Shown here piece by piece: positions 22,284 through 32,616 of a DNA stretch of 64,000 bases; the first letter of the stretch is position 1, and every line of letters starts with the position of its first letter. Origin of the DNA: Cyanophora paradoxa CCMP329 (Eukaryota; Plantae; Glaucophyta). Where the stretch lies: NCBI GenBank assembly GCA_004431415.1, contig QPMI01000439.1, positions 310,001-374,000 of the forward strand, read 5' to 3'. The translations under genes and the position numbers were made by a program. Below the pieces are notes generated by a model. That model saw nothing but the letters and a program-made list of their open reading frames with translations. It did no database searches and was not told the origin of the DNA.

Positions 22284-25200
22284 TCATCCATTCGGATTCA
22301 TGAGCCTGTACTCTTGCAACGTCGCTCGTAAATTGAAAGCTTCGATCTTCGCGCATTGCTCTGGAGTGAGGTCTTTGACGTTGTGGTAGTCACACCAGAG
22401 TTGTGACGCCTGTGCGCGTGATTGTGATCATGAGGTTTTGCGCACACCGACATCACTGGCATTCGCAAGGATACCTGGAGCTCTTTCAACGCTTCGGCAT
22501 ACTTTCCATAGTATATGTGCTCGTGAAACTTTTTGAAGCCCTGTGAATGCAAAATGTTGAATGATTCAAGTACCTGCAAGAGCACCAGCAAAGCTATAAA
22601 GCGAGCGAACCTTGTACTTTTTTTCTCCTGTATATGTGCAAAAATCAGTTGCACATGCGAAAACTCAGCATTCGTCAGGTTGCAATTGCAAAACAAAACA
22701 GTGAAAACAGCGAAATCAATAGGATGCAGATGCGCACCTAATTGAAATTGCATGTCAACGAGAGCCTCCCTTATATTCGGCGGCATAACCATCCAACGAT
22801 CTTCGTAACTGAATTTCTGTCCGGATGCTGTTTGAAGCTGTACTGTAGCGGCTGCTCGGATTGCTTCGGGCAACTGGTAATGAAAGATCTGACCATGGAC
22901 GACAACGAAACCGATCATGAGATCGGCACTGATCGCAAAACTCAATCTCACATCAGCCGCAATACCTTTATAGCTTGTTCCGCCGTGATGGTCGCAGTTT
23001 TCGCCTTCCAGTCATTAATTAACTTCGAGGCGGCCTCCTTTGGAACGCCCAATGCATTCATGACCGTACCGACAGCGGAAGGGTCGTCGATGTTGAATCC
23101 GACACTGTCGTAATACATGAAATAATGTTATATATAATTATATATGCGCGCGTGTTGCGAATATTTGATTGCACCCGATGGTCCAGACGTTTTTGGTGTC
23201 TTTGTACGCTTGTAATCTGATACCCTCGCTCGCTAATTTTCTTGCAATGAGTCGTTCATCAAACGATGTTCTCTTAGCATCGAAAGAGCCTGTAGTGCAC
23301 TTGCCGCTGCTGCAATATCCCGTCGGACAATCCCTCTGCAACGCCAAGATAAACTTGCGAAGTTCCTCTGCGAGGTTCTATAGCATAATATAGAAATACA
23401 AGTGCCATACGTCTTCAGAACATCCACTTTTGCACTGTCCCTCGCTGCAAGCGAACTGAAGCCGCTTCTCAATTTCAACCAAATAAAGCACTGAAGATTA
23501 TAAGGAGCTACCTGTGTGTAGGGATGGCCCCTGTTGCAGTCTTTTGAGCTCGAACAGGTTTCGCCCTGCTTTGCCACACATTGGCCATTGGAGCAAACTG
23601 GCCGAGTTGAAGGGCAATCGACGTCCTTTCGGCAACCCTGCATGCATAATCCATATCGCTTCCCGGCATTGTCGCCAGTCGCCGGCATTGTGGGGTCTTT
23701 CGGCCGCGGTCCTCCAACAAGGCAGAAACGCTCATTCGCGGACCCTGAATTGAATAATTTCCGGTCGATATCGATCGCTGATATATGTACCGACAGAGCT
23801 TACCTCCGCAGGCAGCATCGTCTAAGCAGTCGCGTGGTACGCAGACTTGGTTTCTGCAGCGCATGCCGAGCTTGCAGTTCTGCGCAGGGAAGAAAATCAT
23901 TTTTGCATGCAGTTTCATCACTGGTACAGGTAGATTGCGTCAATTCGCTCACTTCGTCCTTGTTGCACTTGTTGATGAGACATTTGCCATCTTCAGCGAG
24001 AATGCTTCTACGGCCGCGGGTCGAAGTCCGATCGCAAATCCTACTTTCTGCCGGTCTCCAACTGGGGTTCTGAGAAACGACACTTCCGGGAATGCCTGAA
24101 CACTCCGAGTCCGTTGCGCATCCCTCCCCGGGCTTTTTAGCAGCGCATTTTGCACCGTCCGGCTGGTCGATCGCGAGACAATTTTTCAGACAAGCGCATA
24201 AATAGTAATAATATTAATATGCATATATATAAGTAAGTATATACACTGTACATGTACATGCATACCAGACGAACGCAGTAGCCACTTGCACAATCAGAGT
24301 TGGATGAACACTCCGGTGGAGAGCTGAAATCCGCATTTACGGAGATAACACTGGACCAAGCCGCCCCGGTCGGCTTTGAGAACGCAGCACCAGTTGCAGA
24401 GCTGTCCGACGCGGAAAGGTACCCATACTCCATGGCGAGCGTTTTCTCCTGGCCACGAGCGATGGTGAGGGCGTAACCTACGCCGATCGGGCTATAGCCA
24501 GCGCCTCCGCTGCTGCCGCTGCTGCCGCTGGAGTATGGCGAGTTTGCTGTGCTATATAGACCGACTCGAAACTTGTATGTCCCGGAGAGCATCTGATTGC
24601 TCGATGCGTAGAAGTGCTCAACACCTGGTGTCGACGCATTCGATGAACAGGAAACATGAACTGGTAAGAAACATTGAAAAGGGATGATTACCAGGACCGC
24701 AAGTGTCGTCCATATCCAAAAACCCGTACTGAGAGTATGTCCTTTGCCAGAACACGTGATCTCCGTTCGGCAGCAGAGTGTGGAGGTCAACGTCTGTGCA
24801 AGTCGCAGACCTGGGCGTGTTTAACTTAGTTTTTTCTAAAGATTAAATGCACATGTCAACACCAAAATGTGCTGGCACCAGCTCAGAGTTGCAACCAGAG
24901 CAATTTCAGGAATGTCAGCCTTTATCTCTGCTTTGTACGACGCACCCCAACCGAACGCTGACTTGACGCCCGCAAGCCCATAATTGTTCGAATCGACATC
25001 GATATCTTCTGTTGAAGCGAGATCTAGAAGGAAACGCGAGCGACGAAGTCTTGCTTCAAATTGTTCGAAGTTCAAAACCAGATCTGTAAGATTTGAATTT
25101 CCCGCAATGCTGCTCTCATTGAGTAGCCTCCAGATCCGTGAGATGCGTTCAACAGACGGAATTCTAACAGGCAGAAGATCGTTGGCGACAGCCTCCGGTG

Positions 25201-28200
25201 ATCCTGATGCAATTATACGAATCTGGATTTGCGTGCAAAAACGCATCATGATCAGTGCTTCCTATAAAAAGCAAAAAGTATCCCATATATATCTAAATAA
25301 CTGCTCTCGCCTTGTTAACGCCTCTTGATAGCTCCGTAACCAGCGCTCTAAATTCGCCCGTCGAAGTGTCGTACGACAGCACAGTTTGTTTCCGCAGTTT
25401 ATTTTGCGCGCTTGCAACGAAAACCTGCATGCCACCCGCAGTCGGACAGTCGCGTGCGATTGATATCGATCGCTACATGCACAGAATTTGAAGGTGCACC
25501 TCAATATTAAGGGGCAGTCGACTGGACATTGAGCCATCCAAGAGTGATACAATGCCTGAGATTTCATATGTAGCCTGGTTTCGGACCGATATTCTCGTGG
25601 TAACCGTTGGAAAGAATGAAGAAGACGCGACCGAGTAGCCGTTGATTTTAATATCTGTGAACAATATGCAAATAGAGCCTTAACGAGGGAAAGGCTCGAG
25701 CGCGCGCGCTGTATACGCACTGATCGAGCTGTCAACTTTTAATGACGTCGAAACGTCTGTAGTTGGGATATCCAGCTGAGTTGCTTGCACGAGCAAAGCT
25801 AGGAGATCTTCAGATGATATACGAAATAAGTCACGAGAAATCACCTGGCCATGGCGATCGCACGGTCGACGTCAATAGATCAATTCGCTTCAAATTTAGC
25901 TATAGATCTAGCTAGGACAAGCGTAATTTCTAAGCGCGTTGACAAACACTGACCAGAAAGTCCGAATAGTTTCCGTTTCCGTAAGAGAGCGACCTGTTCT
26001 CAACGTGCACGTACACGTTCACTGGCCGAGAGCCCACTTTAGGATCGTACGCCAAGAAGCACTGGCACTCTCTCTCGAAAGCGTAGACGAGGATTGCGTG
26101 CCCGGATCTGCACAGGTCCAGGGAGACCCATGATGGGGTACTGTTGAATCCGACCCACTCCGTTTGGTTGTAATTGGCGTTGGAACTTACGTTCGCAGTG
26201 GTCCGGGAAACATTCCAAAAGCGGGATTGAGTGTCGGCTTTCGAATCCGCGATCCAGAGCAGCTGGGGACTCTCGGAAATCTGAAGTGACTGCAGCAGCG
26301 TATCGAACGTCCGATTCTTGTTTGCTTGGACGAAGGTCTCGACAAAAACGTCTGTTGCCGACAGCCTGTGCGTGGACATAATATATTAATCACGGATAAA
26401 GAAGATAATAATGAGGACTTCGATAAATGTGCAGTTATAAAAATAATAATTACATCGCTCACTTTGTCTGCAACAAAAATGCTACCTCCTCGAATGCGTT
26501 GTTTGGGAGAGCATCTCGTAGTGCCATTCGAAACACGGGGTGCGTCCTGTTTAAAGCCGAGCGCCTAGCAGCGAAGTGCCACTGGGTCAAAATAGATGAT
26601 AAGCTCGCCAAAAACGTATCGTTTGTCGTGAAGTCGAGTGAATGTAGGAGCGGATCGAATTCTGTGTTTATTGTAACTTCAATCGGTGACAAGGGCCTGC
26701 ACATGATAAATTAAATCTCGATTGCGATCTAATTCGAGCTCAATATAAACGCACGAGCTCGATCTTAACCTCCTAGAGCTGATGCTCTCAGGCTGCATTG
26801 ACGTCGTGTTCGATGAGAACACAAGAATTCTAGAGGTTGAGAAGACTGATGTGGTACGCAGCCCGCCCTGCTGATCTATTGGGAGCTGCGGTACGGTCAT
26901 AATCATGCGAATTCAATGATTCACGATCAGTGCCAGCTGCAGTTGAAGCGAAGATAGCATGTGAAATAAAATGAAGGACTAACTTGGTTGATGGCTCCAG
27001 TCACGTTATCGAGAGTGAACATGATGACTGGCCGAATCCAAATGCAAGTTTAGATCAAATAGGCGTGCGATTGTAAGGTTTTGATCATAACTAACAGGTT
27101 TTCACGGACCATTGGCAGCCTCTATTGCAGGGGGCAAAGAGATTTGCAACGGTTGCTCAAGATGTGCCCCGTTCGCCGCAAATGCAGAAACTGTGCAGCG
27201 ATATATAGCGTAAGTAGAAACGTTTCGGGGATCACGATCAGCAGTCGAGGCTCACCACTAGATGGCTTCACGGTCACGTCCATTATTCCTTCCAGCGCAA
27301 CGCCAGCAACTGAACGCGCGCTGCGTATCGCCGAGCCCGGGATAAACGAGACGCTGATGTCTGCCGACTCTCCGGCGGGGACTGCGTTTGGACCGGCGCT
27401 GATGGAAACCGGACCGATGTTTGGAATATCCAGAATGAAATCGAACTCGGAACCGGCTGGAACGGCTGTCGGCCTCTGAAGGACTTCTTGAGCGCTCGAG
27501 TTGATCAGGAGGTCTCCGATTCGCTGCACGACTACGTATTCCGATACCACGCATGCGCATATGCAAGTCATGATCCGATGATCACACAAATATTTATATC
27601 GAACTTTAATTTACAATTGCAAGGCGCGGCCGCGTGCGCACCACCATTAGGAGCCAGGGGGCTCGCGGTTGGCGTAGCTATAGGCAGCATTGTTGGCGTT
27701 GCCGTGGCAGATGGCGAAAGCGATGGCGATGGCGTGGGAGTACTAGGAACTACTAGTGGCGTGGGAGATGCGGTTGGAGTTGCCTCCGAGGTCGCGTTCA
27801 CGATTGCCACCGCCGGCGCCACTGTAGGCGGCCGCGGGTCCTCTGAGCCCTTGTTCCTGCCCAAGACGACTCCCTGCATATATACAATTGCAATAAGATA
27901 TCATGTAAGGCGAACGAAAGGCCTAGCTATATATATAGGCTGCACAGCGCGCGGGGGAAGGGCGAACGAGGGGCACAGCAATGGCTACAGCAGCCACCAC
28001 AAAGGCCACCGTGGCAACCGCGATTGTTGTCTTCTTCGTCCATGGCCACTTTGCTAGAGGCTCACGGCCCAATGAACCCGAAGCTTCCTGCGGCGCATAT
28101 ACGTCATACATGCACTGCGGCATGGCCATGGCTATATAATATATGCCTTCGAATTCTAGATCTCGACCCGATGATCGCGAGCTCGCAGCTACGTTTACAT

Positions 28201-28344
28201 ATGCATATATATGCTGTGCTGCGTATACTGGACCTGCAGCTGATCATCGGATCTGATCATGAATGTGATATTTACCTTCTCGACATCCACATGGATCTTG
28301 TCAGGATCAGTTGCATGTGAGATCACTGCAACTGGCGCTGACAT
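22284..28344 (-). CDS. Large type II membrane protein: signal anchor, Pro/Thr stalk, beta-rich ectodomain, YfaP/DUF2135-like domain, Cys-rich repeats, C-terminal T4-like GH24 lysozyme
   Basis: TM KKTTIAVATVAFVVAAVAIAVPL|GVVLG; stalk TPTASPTPLVVPSTPTPSPS; VATLSW|SATCTDVDLHTLLPNGDHVFW...GFLDMDDTCGPG|VEHF...GTYKFRV; CxxxxDC/EC repeats; EGIRLQAYKDTKNVWTIG|VGFN...ALVDMQFQLG|EKKYK|GFKKF...YAEALKELQ|ASQLW. Exons between ~25000 and 27500 are only partly resolved. Confidence 0.78.
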
Positions 28345-29216
28345 GAGCCGGCCGCACTACGGCACGCCGCCGCTGAGGCACTGATCGATATTGTGAACGT
28401 TAGCTTCCGAAAGTTTGCCGAGTCGACACTTAAAAGCTTTAACGTTATAATTAACGGAAGCTGCGCATGCACATGCGCACGTGCACGCACGCGCGGACTC
28501 CCGATCCGAGCGAGGTACGGTACGGTCGGTACCTTATAGTAGGCGTTAACGAAGTACTGCTCAGGCCTAGGCCTATGAGTATCATAGTATGTAAAGTGAG
28601 CGGCTGATGACCGCTTGGCTCGAGGGCCGAGCCTTGGAGGTTATAATTACCGTACGCGTAATCATAGACTCATAGTAATTGTCGCGTATATATACGTATA
28701 TACGTATGCGTATTACGAAGTACCGTACTACGGTAGTACGCAGATGGCGCGCCGCGCGCGGCAGACGTCGCCAGACTCGGCATGCGCACTAACTCGGCGG
28801 AGTCGGCAGATCAAAGTCTACCGCGGCCGGCGGTACTGCTACTAGTCTGCTAGAGCCTCGGAGCGGCCGCGGCCGAATTCGGAGCCGCCGAACCACTGTC
28901 TCGCAGCCGCTGAGCCACTGCAGCTGTCAGTGCCTGTCACCCATGGCCACTGACTACAGGCTGCAGCTGCCGCTGCCACTGGGCCAGGCTGAGCACGGGC
29001 CAGTGGCCATGCCATGATCATGATGGTCGGCGTTCAACGGTTGGTCGCCGCATTGGTTGGTCACTGAGTCAGGTCCGTCGACGTCGCGATCGGGCAGGGC
29101 GGAAGACGGTCAGACTCTATTACTACTAGCCTAGTAGGCTAAAAAGTTCTCAGCTGCAGTCAACTTGCTCAGTGGCGCAGTGGACCTAAGTCACCTGACG
29201 GCGCGGTCAGTAACTA

Positions 29217-29288
29217 GTGATCCCCCGATCAGGTGACCGCCGTAATCCCCCGATCAGGTGACCGTCGGTCACCTGATCGGGGGATCAC
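29217..29288. repeat. Direct-plus-inverted repeat forming a perfect hairpin
   Basis: atcccccgatcaggtgaccg occurs twice (29220 and 29245), followed after 1 nt by its exact reverse complement (29266-29285). Confidence 0.92.
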
Positions 29289-30273
29289 CAATTGCAAATT
29301 AATTACGCGAAACCAATTTATAATTATAATTGCTCGGTGTGTCAGGTCGATTCAGGTGACAGTTACTGAGTCAGGTCGATTCAGGTGGCAGTTACTCCGT
29401 GACTGTCACGGTGTCACCTGGTGATGGTCCTGACTGACTCAGTGAGGCTGACTCCTGAGCTCGAGCTCGAGATCCACTAGGCTAGAGTCTGCCAGGCAGG
29501 CCCAGCCTCCCGGCCCAGAGGCCCCAGACTCTGAGACTGGCAGCCTGTAGCAGGCTAACTCCGAGACTCTAGATCTAACTTAGTAAAGCTACCCAGGTAG
29601 CCGGATCGCGACTCGCGAGTAGCCTATAGCTAGGCCTAGTAGGCAATTTAAAACTACCGTAGTACGTACACGGCAATCTACTAAGTTACTATCAGCCGTC
29701 CTACCGTAGTACAGACTACAGCAGTACTGCCGTACTACTAGATACTGCGCAGTGCGCACTGCGCACTGCGGCAGTGCCACGGTGCGCAGTCCGACGTACG
29801 GTCACGCTGAGTCCGACGGTTACCTGATCGATATCATGATTACTGGTACTCATCAGTACTCAGACCGTCGGACTAGTAGCCTAGTAGCTTTATACTCTGA
29901 TAGCTACAAGGCTATAAGCTGGACCGTGCACCGTGGCACCGTGCGGGCCCCAGCGCGAGCAGGCTCGACCAAGGTTGCAGCCGCTCAGTGAAATTCAAAT
30001 GAAAGCTCTCAGCACAACTGAAACGGATCGAGTGCGCATTGATCGCGTAGCCTATAGCTAGTAGTAGAGAGGGCCGAAGTTAACGTTACAAGGGAGGCCG
30101 CTCCTCTTGGGGCAGGGGCGGCCTCGGGGGCGAAGCTAGGGGGGCGGGGCGGGGCGGGGCGGGGCGAAGGGGAGGGAGAGCGGGAGCGGGGAGGGGCGCC
30201 TCTAGCTAGCGGGCTAGCTAGCTAGGTGGCTAGCTATCGCTGCGGGCCCGGGGCCGGCCGGCCCGGCCGCCGG

Positions 30274-32216
30274 CTAGTAGTCGCAGGTGGAGGTGTAGGT
30301 GGTGCCGCCGGCCATGCGGCCGCTGGTGGCGAGCAGGCGCTTGTGGATCTGCGTCGACGGCCGCCCGAACGTCGACTTGATCTGCGAGCGGGCGCGCGGG
30401 GGAAGCGGCGAAGTCGTCAGCGGCAGCGGCGCGGCCGTGTCTCGCTATGAATTCTCTTTTCTTTAAGCAGGAGCCCTAGGCGCTCCGCGCGTCCCCGGCC
30501 CCCAGGCCCCGGCCCCGGCGGACGGACCTTGGGGAGGCCCCAGTACTCGGGGGCGACGGCCGGCTTGGTCACCTCGTAGCTGCCGAACGCCCTGCGCGAG
30601 GAAGGAGAAGGGTCAGGAGGCGAGGAGGCTGAAAAGCTAAACGAGAGGAAAAGCTAGAAGCCGGTGAGATGAGTGAGAGCTAGAAGCCAGTGAGTGAGAA
30701 GCTAGGTCAGAGGGCGAGCGAGGAAGCCATGAAGCTGGGTTAGGGGGCGGCGAAGTTGAATCAAGCTTGGAATCTAGAAATCTGGCGGTGAAGCCAGAAA
30801 TCAAGCTTGGATTCTAGAAAGCTAGAGAGAGCCGCTGCAGCCCGGCCCGCGCCCCGTCTCGCCCCGCTCCGCCGGGCCCCCGATCCGCCCCCGGCGCACT
30901 TGTAGGAGGAGCCGTTGGTGGTGGAGCTATAAAGCTAGGTGGAAGTTAAAGTTCAATCTAGAAATCATGCTTGCAAGCTAAAGTTGAAAATAGGAATCTA
31001 GCTTGGAATCTAGATAGCCAGAGAATCTAGATCGCTAGCGCTGGAGCCGGCGCACTTGTAGGAGGCGCCGTTGGTGGTGGGTTACTAAGAGTTACTACGA
31101 GATTGCGAAGGAGCTAGAAAGCTAGGAGGGCGGTTAACCTAGCAGCAAAGGGCTAGACAGTTAGAGGCTAGGGTTGAATCTAGAATTATACAAGCTTGGA
31201 ATCTAGAAAGCCAGAAAGAACCGCCGGCGCCGGCGCACTTGTAAGAGGCGCCGTTGGTGGTGGTGGTGGCGGGGCGGATGGGCCCCCGGTCGTTCGTCAC
31301 CGCGTGCGTCAGCTGGTTGTTCCACGCGCCCGCGTACCCCGGCACGTTGTGCATGTACTGCGGGGGGGAGGGGGGGAAGGCGGGTCAGCTGCCCGCCACG
31401 TGAACGCAGGGCTGGCTAGCTGGCTAGCTGGCTAGCTGTCGCATTGGAGGGGCCGCCCTCAGAGAAAGAACGCGCAGCCGCCCCGCCCCGCGCCACCCCG
31501 CCGGCGGCTACGCAGGGCATGCTAGCTCAGCCTAGCCGTCGCAAGCCCACTAGAGCCGCCCTCGGAGAGATAGAGCGCGCGGCTAGTGCACGCGTGCGAC
31601 CCGCCCGGTCTGACCCGACCCGCCGCTATGCCTTGACAGCTCGGGCTCGGCTGGTCTCGGCTCGGCCCGGCTCGGCCCGGCTCGGCCCGGCTCAAGGCTG
31701 CAGCGCCGCCGCCCCCGCCGCCGCCCGCGCACCGTGATCCGGAGGTACTTCTTGGTCGTCTCGCGGGACTCGCCGCGGAAGCCGGGGTCGTTCGCCCGCG
31801 GGTTGTCCTCGCTCGACGGCAGGAAGCCGGCGTAGCCTGCGCGCGCGGGGCGCCGGACGTCGGCGGCGGATCAGTCATTGGAAGTCGGAGCCGGCCGGGC
31901 GGAAGCTTAAGCCACGGCGCCGGCGGCGAAGAAATGGACGGACGGACCGGGGATGTGGTAGGTCGTCGACTTCGGCGTCCCGCTGAAGAGGTCGACCGTG
32001 GACGCCTTCAAGCTGATTTCGCGAGGAACGCCCGGCGTCCTTTCTCGGGGGTTCCACCCATACGGACCGAAGTCCAATGTGTAGCTCGGGTTTGTTATCG
32101 ACCCAGGGATAACCTACCGCGGAAGAGCGTCAGGTCAAGGGGCCGGACGGCTGACGGATCAGGCCCCGCGCTCGGAGCGGCGCAGCGCCGGGGGACTTCA
32201 GAGCATAGCTGAGCAT
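30274..32216 (-). CDS. Putative axonemal microtubule-inner-type protein with PGY repeats
   Basis: Spliced SYTLDFGPYGWNPRER...STVDLFSGTPKSTTYHIPG|YAGFLP...YMHNVPGYAG; PGYxG motifs are typical of ciliary microtubule inner proteins. First exon junction uncertain. Confidence 0.55.
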
Positions 32217-32616
32217 TGCTATCGTTGTGAAAAGCACCTGGGAAGGTAGCTTTTCGCTGTTTGTGTGCGGCAGCCGCTCCGGCATCGATACGACCACTGA
32301 GTCAAGGGCAAGGGCTGCAACCTCGTCGAAACACTGTTCTGAGCAAGGCCTTTTCCTCTGCGCGCTGCGTGCGTGCCCCGCGGCGTGTGCGTCAAATACT
32401 AGTACCAAGTTAGCTGAATGAGAGTTGTTCCCCCCTCGAGGGATACGCTGATTCTGAGGCGCGTGCGCGGACTCCAGCAATTACTGCCCGAAGCACGCCT
32501 CCGACCGCAGCGGGCGCAACTCCCTGACGCAGGATCGTACTTCAGCAGCAGCGTAGGCAGCGCAGCTAAGCGGCCCGCTCCAGATTATCTCCCGGCGCCC
32601 GAACGTGCGGGCGGCT

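Noticed and set aside
22284-28344. Prophage, bacterial contaminant or viral insertion explaining the lysozyme
   Set aside because: The gene is interrupted by many in-phase spliceosomal introns, and no capsid, integrase, holin or polymerase genes were seen.
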